A DNA stretch of 64,000 nt from Epiperipatus broadwayi (Eukaryota; Animalia; Onychophora), in the NCBI GenBank assembly GCA_028023455.1, contig JAQFVV010000006.1:9486001-9550000 (forward strand), given 5' to 3'. Below are positions 1 through 11,987 of this stretch, one piece after another. Both the position numbers and the translations under genes were made by a program. Below the pieces are notes generated by a model, which saw nothing but the letters and a program-made list of their open reading frames with translations, did no database searches and had not been told where the DNA came from. Every line of letters starts with the position of its first letter. Position 1 is the stretch's first letter.

Positions 1-1147
1 AAAACCTTGTTAAAATATACATATAGGTTAATATAATATATAAACAAGATTTCAATTTCACGTTATTTATTTTTTAAATAAATGATTTCCTTTAGCAAAA
101 AAAAAAAAATGTTTACATTAAAGTCAGATATACCAAACCATTCGATACCACCCAGATTTCCAAAAGAAACAAATAATTAAGCTAGAAGAGTAGAGTAATG
201 TAATAGAAAAGATAATAAACCAATTTTAATTAAGTAAACAGAAAATAAGAGATTAAATAAAACATCAAACAAAATCAAAATAGTAGTTTCTAATAATACC
301 TGCAGTTGCAGTAACTTTTGGTCAGACAAAACCGCCTGAAAATATGAAGAATTTTGGCAATAAATAAACCCATTTCTTTGCGATAGTAATTTATTTGGCT
401 CCCTTACTGTCTACGGATTTGTGTTCTATTTCGAGTTCTCCGATTTACCATGCTGGCATGTCGGTTTCGAGTAATTGACGATACAAACAGAAAAATACTT
501 ATGCCCGTCAGATAGCTAGACAAAAAAATAAGATCCCACATCGAACAATAATACTCGGCTTCATTTTTCCTGCTACAGACTTCTGATTATTTACTCATTT
601 CAGGAAGTTAGTTGCGAAGGAAATGAATGATACTCTTCCACATATAACACGTTAACTATAATTAACAAATGTTACTAAATTTGTCAAAATTTAATGCAAA
701 GTTAAAAATGATGAAGCAAATAAGAGGAAGATAGAGCGACATGAAAGTCAATAAATTTCCATGTCACCATTCAGGGCAGCGAATAAAGATAATCTAAAAA
801 TTTAATTGGCTGTTTTTCTTTTAAATAATTCTTTTGTATTTTTATTTTTAAAAAAAAATACAATTAATAAATAATTGAAAATAAAAATAAGTCGTAGTCC
901 AATTAACAAACAGTGTCTGCCTTTAGTTCCTTATTTCCTTTCTCCCCCCATCTCTTTAGTTTGTAAAACCATAGCTGGAAAATTTATGACTTGTACAAGC
1001 TAATGTCTATGACTGTCTGAAAATCCTTTTAAACTTTTATCCCCCCTCCCCCAATCATTGATCAAGTTTATAAATAAAAATAAAATCTTAACGTCAAATT
1101 GTATTAAAATCAGTTCTTTTTTTTTCAATCCATAAAATAATTCTAAT

Positions 1148-1450
1148 AACTTTTTGAAAATATTTAACAAAAAATCGTTTTACTACTAAACTAATAAAAC
1201 CAATTCTAGTCGTAATGTAAGTTGCTCGGGAGGTCATGTGACGTTCGATCAAAATCGTTTTACTACTAAACTAATAAAACCAATTCTAGTCGTAATGTAA
1301 GTTGCTCGGGAGGTCATGTGACGTTCGATCAATTTAGTGGGAAGTTTTTGAAAATATGCAACAAAAAAATCGTTTTATTGCTCAACTAACAAAACCAATT
1401 CTAATCGTATGGTAAAATGCACGGGAGGTCATGCGACATTAGAGCAATTT
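1148..1450. repeat. Tandem repeat: exact 80-bp duplication plus a diverged third unit
   Basis: 1171-1250 equals 1251-1330 (aaaatcgttttactact...gacgttcgatc); diverged copy at about 1365-1450. Confidence 0.9.
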
Positions 1451-2216
1451 AGTAGAGTACGTCACTACAGTACCATTCCATTGAGTTGAATGGGGCTTCT
1501 TTTTTTTATTTAATTAACTGAGAATTAGTCCTGAAATCTTTATTCTCCAATTTTCACCCTCTCTCTAATCAGTGCTTTTTAAGGGCCTCATGCTGCTGGT
1601 AGAATGAGCCATGTCCACAATCTGGATTCAAATCGCTGATAGGTAAAACTTTGAAAAATATTTTTTGTTATTGGTAACCAACACATGGACGATTCCGATA
1701 ATCATCTAATATTGTTTGTGCTTGGCTAGAACATAAAATATAAGCGGAAATCTGCTCAAACTCTTACCTCCTAGCAATAACGAAATTTTATTTTTTTTAA
1801 CCAAATTTGGTACGCAGTATTTAGTTTTTCACAACAATAATGAGGTGTGAGATAGTTCTTCGCCCTGAACCAGGTTATTTAAAAGACGTTTTAGATTGTA
1901 TTTAATAATTTACAAAGCATTATTATTATTTTTTTTATTTATAAATGAGTTCTAGCACAACTGTCATCTCTCACTTTGCCTTCAAATAATGGGCTAGCCC
2001 AGATTCCAGCTTAACTAGATCGGATTGAGCATAAGATGGAATCTGGACTAATCCATTATTTGAAGGCAAGATGAGATATGATAATAACAATACAGTTTAT
2101 AATAGAATTCCACATACTGTTTGCCAAATTCCTACAAACAACTGACTTGAAAAAAAAATACTGGAAATACTTTTCAGCCTGAAGAGTCGAAGGTTATTTA
2201 ACATCAAAAACTGCTT

Positions 2217-2320
2217 GCCGAGATGTTATCGCAGTCGCCTTGCAAGCAAGTAGTTGGTTGCAGACGGTTGTGGGTTCGCGTCCCGGCCGATGCTATGACA
2301 TATGAAAAAGAAAAAAAATA
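2217..2320 (+). mobile_element. tRNA-derived SINE-like element, copy 1 of 2
   Basis: B-box-like GGGTTCGCGTCCC and A-rich tail; homologous inverted copy at 27362-27458. Confidence 0.55.
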
Positions 2321-2609
2321 TGAGATGCTACAATGAACTGTATTAAAAGTCGAGTGATTGATCATAACTGTTTGTTGTCTAGACATCTCAATTTATTTAC
2401 CGCCAATAAATTTAACACATATCAAAAAAAAAAACGACTATCTTGCAAATGACAGCAATACAAGAAAAGCCAACACCAATTTTAAACAAGGATCAAAAAT
2501 TATTAGATTAATTTATTGTATTAATACTTATTTTGTCTGCCCAGTAGTTGCTGGCAGATCACAAGAGTCAATAAAAACATTAAAAGTTAAAATATATTAC
2601 ACAGTGTTA

Positions 2610-2790
2610 TATAAATATAGAGGATTTGAACTCAGACTTTCAACCCACCTTCAAGCATATATCTCATACTACTGAGTACACATGACCACACACATGTAGA
2701 AAAGATAAATAATCACCAATAATGCCGTATTTCGTGCTAAACCAGCACTCATCAGTTGGTCCAGATTATTGTCTCCCACATATATATAAT
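2610..2790 (-). mobile_element. HH-A Penelope-type terminus with hammerhead core at 2716-2759
   Basis: Minus strand reads CCAA CTGATGA GTGCTG GTT TAGCAC GAAA TACGGCATT A TTGG; flank homologous to 5305-5490 and 5670-5855. Confidence 0.75.
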
Positions 2791-3419
2791 CAGTGCTTAG
2801 TTTGCATAAAGTACATAAAGTTACTTATTTTATTATTAGCTAAGGAAAAACAAGTAAAGAAAACCTCAAACATTCCACCATCTGGCAATTTAGCTGGTTG
2901 GAGAGTATTGCCTTCTCTTCTTTCATAATGGACTATCCTAAACTGTTTTGTAACTTACATTTTTCATAACTTTATTTATTTTAGGTTATTAAACTACAAT
3001 TTGTTTTAAATTATTGGTTTTAAACGTTAATAAGTTTAAAATATCATTACGTGCGATTTGGGCTGAATGGAAAATTAAGTTTATTACTTCTTTTTAACAT
3101 GGGTTAAAATTACAGAATGTAAATGACTAATTACATTCTCCTATATATATTATTGCTAATTCAAAACATTTTCTTAGTAAACAGATGGAAATAATAGATA
3201 AAGAACATGCAAAATGAGATTTAAAATATCAATTAGCCATAAAAAATTCATTTTCAATCTAAACAATTTTTTAATTAAAAAACAGCTGTAGATTAAGAAT
3301 TGTTAAATAATAGCATATATAAAATGTTTTTCTCTTTTTCATGATACCAATATTAGTTTACTCTCTAGAGCAAACATTTTTGAAAAATCAACTACACATT
3401 ACAAAAATACCAACAAAAC

Positions 3420-4090
3420 AACCCACGATCACCATTTCCTATGCTTACACAAGCTGTTAATAAAAGTAGCAAACTCCCCATACAGTAGCGCCACTCAGTG
3501 CAAGCTAGAGTAATCAATAGATGCAGGATGGATTGTGCATAAAGTCCCTATCTAGTGCACATTCATATCAGTGAGGAGAAAATGAATCTGAGAGCATTGC
3601 ACCTATACTTAGGATCTAAAACAATCATCCAACACCCGCCTTTTACTTATTTAATTAACTATAAATCTTGTGTAAACATAGGAAATGTTGATCATGTGAT
3701 TTTTGTAGTTTTATACCAATGCTTCCCCCATAGGATGATGGTGACTGTAGTTTTTGAAAAACCAAAGACACCAAAATGTAGAGATGCCGAACTGGGTTCA
3801 GATCTATATGACTAAATAAGCAAATGAACTTAGATTAATAACATTATTTGTATTGGGCACGTAGTTTTACAGTTAAATAATAAAAACAAAAGGTGGCTGC
3901 TGAATGGTTGCATTAGATCCTAAGATCTAAGTGCAGTGTTCTCAGATTCAAGACTCCTCACTGACGAAGGCCATAAGCTAGAAACTAATCTGGGAATTTT
4001 GGATGACTAAGCGCTAGATAGAAATTTTAGGCACAAATCTTTCATTGATTTAGGTGGTACTACTGTATGGACTTTGCTACTGTTGTTACA
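3420..4090. mobile_element. HH-C locus 1: antisense arm 3420-3666, then near-full sense monomer; HHR 3955-3996 (+)
   Basis: Homology to other HH-C loci; TCCTCA CTGACGA AGGC CATAA GCTA GAAA CTAA TC TGGGAA. Confidence 0.85.
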
Positions 4091-4379
4091 TCACAAAAAT
4101 GAAAATAATTTCAAAGACTGTGTTTAAGGCAAACTATAAAATTCACAAAGTACAAAATCTTGATAAATCTAAAAAAGACACTAATTAGTGAAACATTCAA
4201 TTCACAAAAGTAGATTTCTTTTAACAGCAGTGGCAGTTTAAGATTTAGTCTTCTATGTGTATATAATCCTAAGTTTAATATTCTTTTTTTATATAAGAGA
4301 ATAGTATGATTCTAAATAACAAAGTCCATTTTCAGTTCTATCAGTTGTCATAACTATTTCTTAAAAAGTTGGAATTTCA

Positions 4380-4800
4380 ATCTGTTGATGAGTTGATTAT
4401 TTGATAACGGTGGATGTAATTGTCTATATGCAATCAACTCCAAATGTTTGTATGAATACTTCCTACGAAAGACTTTTTTTAACGTATTCACTTATGATAC
4501 AAAATCTATACACACTCAGATATCGAGACAAAAATAGAATAATGAAATGATATGCTAACAAATAACGATGATGGTGAAAGATACTAAAGACATTTTCACA
4601 AATTGCATAGGTGAGAATAATAAAAGTGGATATTAAAAGTCATATTTAAAATATACATATTTACGTAAACCCATTCACAGAACAATCAATTCCAAATATG
4701 TTACCAAGATAATTCCATGTCACATTTTCAAAGAACCATTTAAATGAATTTGTGACTAATGCTCATCTTTTGTTATTTACAAGTTCATTTAAATGATTCT
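4380..4800 (+). pseudogene. Heavily decayed Penelope-like reverse transcriptase fragment
   Basis: Broken frames give LITVDV (motif A-like), LTNN..DGERY (motif B-like) and YLRKP...ICD (C-terminal PLE-like); many stops and frameshifts. Confidence 0.35.
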
Positions 4801-5304
4801 TTGGGAATCTAGTTTATGAACTACCTTAGTAAGGTATTTGAACTTCTTTTTCCATGAAAGGTTTATATTCTTAGCGATACATATTTGATAAATCATAAAA
4901 TTATTTACACGATCATTAAAATTATAAGAATTTCATTTAAATTAATATCTGAACTGTAAGCCAATTTGATTTTAATATAAAAACCAAAATCTTCACTAAT
5001 AGAAAGTTTCAACTTTTCATACCAATGCTCAATTTATTACTATATAATAACCGAACTTCAAATAAAAGGGATCGTCTTTTTCTGACAGAATAAATTGGCA
5101 ATGATATACCAAATATGATAGGAGTTATTTATTGGTTTATTTAAATTATTGTTTGGGGATCTAGATTGGGAATTATCTTAGTAACATATTTGGACTTGTT
5201 TGTTCCGTGAATACGTTTATATTTTTAGCGCTACGTGTTTTATAAGCTGTAAAATTAGTTATATGCTCCTTAAAATCATTAGATTTACATACCTAAATAT
5301 ATTT

Positions 5305-5855
5305 AAAGGGGATTTGAACACAGACTTTCAAGCTTTTTTCAGCTATACACTCCACCTTATATAACTGATACACATAATCACATATATGTTAAAAAGATAG
5401 ATGATCTCCAATATACATATTTCATGCTGAATCAGTATTTATCAGTTGGTCCAGACCACATCTCCTACAGATATATATACAATATACGTTTAAATGGACA
5501 TATCAAGGGCTTACATATGAGCAGTCTGAGTGACTTAAGATCAACATGAGTATTACAACAATATTGACATCAATAAGGGTTTAGGCCTTCTTATCATCAG
5601 ATTTTCAATAGTCTGTCCATTAAAGTTAGAAAATTTGCTATCTTAATATAAACTGAGTATTGATTGTATGTATATATATATAGATATGGGAGAGTGGGTC
5701 TAGATCTTGATGAGTGCTGGTTCAGCATGAAATATGAATACTGATTGGAGATCCATTTACCTTTTTCACATGTATATGATCATGTGCATCAGTTATATAA
5801 GATAGAATGGATAGCTGAAAGAAGCTTGAAGGTCTGTGTTCAAATCCCCTTCAGT
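5305..5855. mobile_element. HH-A back-to-back inverted pair (arms about 185 bp) with decayed HHRs at 5408-5449 (-) and 5707-5750 (+)
   Basis: 5305-5490 is the reverse complement of 5670-5855; cores read CTGATAA and TTGATGA; stem III ATATGTAT-like. Confidence 0.75.
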
Positions 5856-5869
5856 ATTAAACAATATAA

Positions 5870-6030
5870 TAACTACTTTTTCTTATTGCATTGCCAAATG
5901 CATAACATATAATACTAAATGGTCCATTCACTTTACTACTGTTACACAATGCTTTATTTACCACCCTTTTTTACAATTTACAGTTTCGATTGCCCCAGCA
6001 ATCTTCTTCAGAACTTTATATCTCCTAGCT
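5870..6030 (-). mobile_element. HH-B terminus with intact-core HHR at 5975-6016
   Basis: Minus strand reads AAAGTT CTGAAGA A GATTGC TGGG GCAATC GAAA CTG T A AATTG; flank shared with 11290-11410 and 62085-62200. Confidence 0.75.
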
Positions 6031-6124
6031 CAACTCTAAATTCAAATTTTTAAAAATTTTCTATATTTACAATATACTAGTAGTGATTTATTATATTTAA
6101 TTACATTTATGTGTCTGTAAAAAA

Positions 6125-7113
6125 TATAAGCATTTCTTCAATGATTGAAGCATTGGATCATCAAGGTATAGATCCAGGATATTGTAATATTCTGAAGAAT
6201 ATTAATAAAAATGAAACAGCAACAATTAGATTACATAATGATACTAGGAAGATTAGCATTGAGAACGTAAGATTACACCAATTTTGCAAGAAATATTCTG
6301 TGGATTAAAATGGGAAGATGAAGAAGTAAAAGTAAATGGAGATTATTTAAATCATCTAGATTTTGCAGATCATATGACTGATTTTGAAAATAATGTTTTA
6401 GAGCTTCAGGATAAGTTGCCAGAATAATCAAATGAAAGTAAGAAAGTAGGACTAAAGGTAAATGTTAAGAATATTAAAGTAGTGTATAATGGATTTTCTC
6501 AAATTATTGATAATGATGAATTAGAAGAGTTAACAACTACAAATACTTTGGTCAGATTATTACTATAAATGGAAGCATAATGGACACATTTAATCACAGA
6601 ATTAAACTTGTTGGAGTGCTTTTGATATAACTTAATATTAAAAGGAAATATACCTATGTGTTTGAAAAAGATATTTAATAAATGTGTTTTACCAGTTCTT
6701 ACTTATGGATCTAAGACTTGGACATTTATCAGAACAGCACTATAAAAGATTTCAGACCTCTCAACAAAGTATAGAGAGATACATGTTAGGAGTTACAAGA
6801 AGAGATCAAAAATAAAATACATGGGTGAGAAAATAAACAGGTGTTACTAATATTATTGAAAGGATTAAGAGACTGGAGTTGGGCTGGACATATTTCTAGA
6901 GGAAATGAAAACAGGTGAGACAGTTGAAATCTTAAATGGGATTCCATGAGATTGTAAAAGACCTAGAAAGAGACCATGTGTGAGATGGATGGATGAAATA
7001 GGGAAGTGTGCTGGGATAATGTGGAGAAGAGAAGCTAGAGATCAAAGAGATAGATTGAACTTGGAGAGACCATTCTACAGTGGATCGATAATGCCTGAAA
7101 ACGATGATGATGA
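6125..7113 (+). mobile_element. 5'-truncated decayed RTE LINE (RT 3' half to (TGA)n tail)
   Basis: Matches the 54390-57663 element (ALDHQGIDPGYC, LDFAD, WIP..CKRPRKRP); ends in gatgatgatga. Confidence 0.9.
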
Positions 7114-7734
7114 AATATATTTACTTTATATAATGTTTATTGTTTTTACAAATGATTTTTATTATTAACTCGATAATAAACAAGTGAAACAACAAACAAA
7201 ATATAAGTGATGATAGTAAAAACAAATAATACAGAACTTTATTATAACCAAAAAAAGAACAGCATCAACATCACAAAATGAGCTTTAAATACGTGGATTT
7301 CAGCTAGAATGTAAGGTTGAAAGGAAGAAAGAAAAGAAAAGTTGCAGGCTAAATATGTCTGAAAAGTATAAGTAATAGCGAGAGAGAAATGTCAGTTGGG
7401 GGTTAATCTCAAGCTGTAAATTTGGAAACTTTTTTTGATAAAACATAATAAAAAAAACTACTTAATAAGAGTGATGAACAGAAAAATGTGTGACTAAAGA
7501 ATGGTTAGTTGAATCTTTCTCTGCAATTACTAGTGTTTTCCAACTTAGTAATACCATCATTTCATGATATTTGTATACATTGGTTATAAATTATATTTTA
7601 GTTACATTCTCTCCTACTATATTTATTGATAATCATATACATAGTAACTTATATTTAATACTTTTTCAATCTTCTAGAACTTGCTAAATAAATCTCTTAA
7701 AAAACGCACTCAATTCAATTACCGGACACTTAGA

Positions 7735-7870
7735 TGTCTAGAAGTATTCTTCAGAGCCGTGAAGTTTCTTTTTACTCCTTATTTAAAAACTAATCTGAAA
7801 ATAAGGAGGAAAAAGAAAGTAATAGCTCTGAAGACGACTGCTAGATGGTTGAAACTATCAAATAATTGAA
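7735..7870. mobile_element. Decayed HH-B inverted pair; HHR-like motif at 7822-7862 (+)
   Basis: gctCTGAAGAcGACTGctagaTGGTTGAAActatc on the right arm; reverse-complement tcttcagagc...ctccttattt on the left arm. Confidence 0.55.
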
Positions 7871-7924
7871 CAAGCATTGTGAGCAATACAAAACGGAACA
7901 TTTTTTAGAGATTTAGTTAACGTA

Positions 7925-8040
7925 AAAAGAACAGCCATTAGTTACATGACTGTATGAATAACTTCCTATGTGTACGTATAACATAAAAAGAACGGCCATT
8001 AGTTACATGACTGTATGAATAACTTCCTATGTGTACGTAT
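7925..8040. repeat. 60-bp tandem duplication
   Basis: aaaagaac(a/g)gccattagttacatgactgtatgaataacttcctatgtgtacgtat occurs twice. Confidence 0.9.
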
Positions 8041-8452
8041 TATCCATTGTCATAATTTATCTGCATTTAATATCAATCTATTTTTGATCTATACTTTTCC
8101 TCTCTCAAGAATATACACACTTTAAGAAGTCATCAATTTTTACGATATTTATAAAATATAATTAAAATAATTTATATGTAATTAAAATAATTAGAATTTC
8201 TTATGGCAAAATTTTTTATCCCTGTGATACGATTGTGTCGAAGGTTTATTTCAAAAATGTTTCAGTGATACAAAATTTAAGAAAAGAAAAGTCAATATAA
8301 CTTATAAGTTTATTTCAAGAATAATTTATTATTTTTATTTCTGGGTGTCAAAATATTTGCCTTCTCTTTTGGTTGCAACACCAAGGTTGCTTGATTTGAA
8401 GTTAATTTTGTACACCCACAATTTCAAGAAGTTTTGCAATTATAAATGAAAC

Positions 8453-8641
8453 AGTGCCGAAATAGTACGCGCTCGGTGGCCATTTTGAAACACCCAAAAA
8501 CACTGCTGGCACATGCAAGCGATTTATTTTTTTGAAAACAGTGATTCTAGTCAATGTCATTTATCGTTTGCATGTGCCAGCAGTATTTTTTGGGTGTTTC
8601 AAAAGTCAAAATGGCCGCCGAGCGCATACTATATTGGCACC
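8453..8641. mobile_element. Foldback / MITE-like element with arms of about 70 bp
   Basis: gtgccgaaatagtacgcgctcggtggccattttgaaacacccaaaaacactgctggcacatgcaagcgat mirrored at 8562-8641. Confidence 0.6.
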
Positions 8642-8919
8642 AATAAAACTAAAGACATAATTTTAGGATTAATCTTCATATTGTTAGCATCCACTTTATA
8701 TTTATTTTGAAAATTCAGCTTTTCATATTTCTCCATCATTTGCACATTTTTTGAGATCATTTATTATGTGTTTGTTATGTATTTTTTTCATCCTATGTGA
8801 TTTAGCGCAATGTTAGACTTTGGTGTGTGAAATCCTCAGATCGACTTCAGCTCTGGCATTTCCGGCACTCAAACTTCTTACGAACTCCCGAGCAATAAAG
8901 CCATTCGATTATTTTTTGC

Positions 8920-9020
8920 CCTGCATGATATAGTGCAGTGGTAAGATGTCAGATTCTGGAGTCTCCAGCACTTGATCTTCTTATCAACTCCCAAGCAATA
9001 AATTCATTGAATTTTTTTTT
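8920..9020 (+). mobile_element. SINE-like repeat with A-box-like head; related copies at 8830-8915 and 18045-18150
   Basis: Shared catgatatagtgcag(t/c)gg head and actcc(c)aagcaataaat..att tail. Confidence 0.4.
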
Positions 9021-9382
9021 TATGTATGAACTTGTCCATTATACATTTTTTGAGTAATGCCATATTTTACTTCTTGCTCTGTTTACTATTTGAGGTTTCG
9101 TTTCTTTTCCGAGCCAAAATTTGGAGAATATTGTCAATAGGTGAGTCTACGATTGATTGTTGTTCTTAAACCATCAATCAGCATTATACTGTTGTAACAG
9201 CCCACAAAATAAAGTAGATTATTCCTGTGTTTTTAAAAAGATGTGCAGTATTTCTCTTAAACGTGACAGAATTACCATAGTATATGTTCTTTTCCACTAA
9301 ATCCAATCAAAAAATATACTCTCTTCTTTTTTTTTTCAAAACTTTATTTTTTCCATCACCATATATATATATTTACTTGTTT

Positions 9383-9437
9383 AAACATCCAACGTTTCGA
9401 CCATTTTATTTGTAAAAAATGATCATATCCTTCCACG
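9383..9437 (-). ncRNA. Decayed hammerhead-like motif (singleton)
   Basis: Minus strand GATCATTTT..AAAATGGTC GAAA CGTTG; 9-bp stem II and GAAACGT are present, but the CUGANGA box is corrupted. Confidence 0.35.
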
Positions 9438-10469
9438 AAAATATCACTATTCTTTTGATTGAAAGAAAAAAGGGTGTGTGTTGTTGTTAAAAAAGGATTT
9501 AATGGCAGTGATGTGCTTTGGGAACCATTTTAACAAAATTTATTCAATAATCCAGCAATATCCTGACTGTAAAAATAACATGTTCACCTTAATAGGCACC
9601 GTGTGATGGAGTATCAAACTTAAAAGTGCACAAGAGCACAAAATGAGAAACGAATTAAGAGGTCATTCATATAAGCTGGTATGTGCAAAATTTATGAATT
9701 CATATTTATGGGTTATGAAACTGTAAATGGGTGATTAAACAAATGGGGATTTGATATATTTTTTTAATAATCTGCAAATAAATAATTCATATTACTATTA
9801 ATACTATAACTACATCATCATCATAGTGGCAATGGTGGTAGTAGTAAAAATAATACTAATATCTCATCTCATTTGTCATGGTCGAACAATTACAATATTT
9901 TGTTTCTCAGAGTCAATCTATCGTTAGATGTGATGCACTACAGTAGAGTGTAATCATTCATCTTTCTATTACTGATTAATTTTTAATGGCTTTCATTAAT
10001 TTTTCTCCCGATCGTCCATAAAATTTGTGAAGGTTAGTAATAAGTGATTCATTTATTTGTTTCATGAGACGTAAAATGACATCTCTTTAGATGAAGCAAT
10101 CAGTTGTTTTTTGAACTATGATTAGCAATATTAGGATTCCCATAATTATTTTAAGACTATATCAGATATTGTATTTTTTTGCACCAGAACTTATGACATT
10201 TCTTATAAATAAGTCTTATAACATTCACCAGAACATATGACATTTCTTATTAGTCATGTGTTACATTTCATAGATTATATTACTGCATACTAGTAAACAC
10301 AGCGACAATTTCTGTCACATAAGAAGTTACTAATAGCAGTAAAAAGTGTATGCCATTAGATATTTTAACAAAAATTGTATTTGAATGCATTTTGCTAAAA
10401 AATGTTTTATGTCTGTAAAAATGCCTGAATATATATATATTTGAATACAATTTATTCACTCTATTTTGA

Positions 10470-10890
10470 ACACTTTTTAGCAAAAACCTTTTACTGAACA
10501 TATATGCATATACAATCTTATATTTCGACTGTCCTGCAGTCTTCTTCAGAGCCACATTTACTTTAAATTTTTTAAAAGTAAAAAAACTTTTTAAAAAATT
10601 TAAACTATTTAGGAATTTTAAACTTCTCTCTCGATATTATAATATATAAAATTAAAAGCGTATGAAGCGCTTAAAAGAGAAGCTATGAATATGAGGCAAA
10701 CGGCCTCGAAAGTGCTTACCGTTTAATATTTTTTGCTCTCTGTACAGCTTCTCTTTCAAGAGCTTCATATGCTTTTAATTTTATATATTAAAAAATTTAA
10801 AGTAAATGTGGCAGGACAGTCGAAACGTAAGATTGTATATGCATATATATATACAATAAAATGTTTTTGCTAAAAAGATGTTCAAAGTAA
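10470..10890. mobile_element. Nested foldback: HH-B inverted pair enclosing a second inverted repeat with another HHR-like motif
   Basis: HH-B HHR at 10514-10553 (-), half copy at about 10808-10835 (+); inner arms 10642-10684 and 10746-10788; ATGAATA T GAGGC AAACG GCCTC GAAA GTGC TT at 10685-10717. Confidence 0.65.
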
Positions 10891-11289
10891 AGTGCATAAA
10901 TTGCATTTACATCACATATTACAGCAAAATAAAGAAAGTGGTGAATTTGGTAATATTTTTGAATACATCGATAAATGCACAACACTAAACAAAACTCAAA
11001 TGTGGTAAATAAATACAAACCAATGCTAGAAAGTTTCAACTGTGCTACCTATATTTAGAAACATCAAGACTGAATCTAAGTTGACATGAGTCAGACATTG
11101 TATTTCTAAATACAGGTAGCATTGTTGAAATTTTCTAGCATTGGTTTGTATTCATTTATTATTTATATATTTCTAAAAATGCTTTTAGAACAAAAATAAT
11201 TATCTTTTCATTCATTAAATGATTGTCATTACTGAATATTCAATTAAAACAATACTTATTAATTATTCCATTATTAATATGAAGTATTA

Positions 11290-11500
11290 CAACTTTATCT
11301 TTCTTATTGCATTGCCAAATCCATGTAATATTAATATCATTTATGTTCTTTATTACTTTTTACAAAGCTATTGACAGTTTCGATTGCTCCAGCAAGCTTC
11401 TTCAGAACGTGTATTGTATTTGTTATAGTTCTGAAGAAGACTGCTGGAGCAATCAAAACTGTCAATAGTGGGTTGTAAAAAGCATTGTAAAAAGTAATAA
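11290..11500. mobile_element. HH-B inverted pair with HHRs at 11369-11408 (-) and 11425-11468 (+)
   Basis: Arms separated by about 20 nt; CTGAAGA A G.TTGC TGGA GCAATC GAAA CTG TC on minus; the plus copy has GAAA>AAAA. Confidence 0.75.
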
Positions 11501-11987
11501 ACGACATAATGATATTAATATTATATCCATTATTAATAAGTATTTCACTTTCTTTCCAAATATAGCCCATTAACTTTAATATATATATATAAAGCAAATT
11601 AATTTCATGCACTTTTTCTTTTCAAATCATTTTTATTGTATGAATCACTTTTCCATTTCAATATTTGACCCTGGTCGAAATGTAGAATTGAAATGAAAAA
11701 CAGTTCATAAACCAAAACAAAGATTTGAAAAGAAAAAGTTTATGTGAAATTAATTTGTTTTACAAATACTGAATATTTATTATTAATTTAAATTTTTTTA
11801 TAAGGGTTCTGTCATGTATTCTTTTTTTTAATGGTATAAAGACTACTTCAATCAAAAAAAAAAATTGGACATCCCAGAATTAGAAGCAAGATTCCGAGGT
11901 TCCCAGACTTTTTTAGCATCTTCTATTAGCAGACAATTAAAATATAATATGATATATATAATTGTAATAATAGGTAATTACACCATA

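Noticed and set aside
300-335. Candidate 36-nt minus-strand micro-exon (ttttcag|...|gtatta) and the CpG-retaining region 300-800, including TCSC/LPCWH SWIM-like words on plus
   Set aside because: Several frames are open, no recognisable protein or consistent splice chain emerges, and such signals arise by chance in AT-rich DNA.
2217-2300. Intact tRNA gene
   Set aside because: No proper D-arm or acceptor stem, an internal insert and an A-tail; better explained as a SINE head.
3420-4090. HH-C interpreted as a MITE with TIRs
   Set aside because: Arm lengths and inner breakpoints vary, outer ends are ragged over about 75 nt, no consistent TSD is visible, and head-to-tail permuted runs exist.
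11660-11690. Weak HHR-like stem+GAAA strings at about 11665, 18345, 21215, 39810 and 40545
   Set aside because: The CUGANGA box and/or stems I and III are missing; they are indistinguishable from chance.
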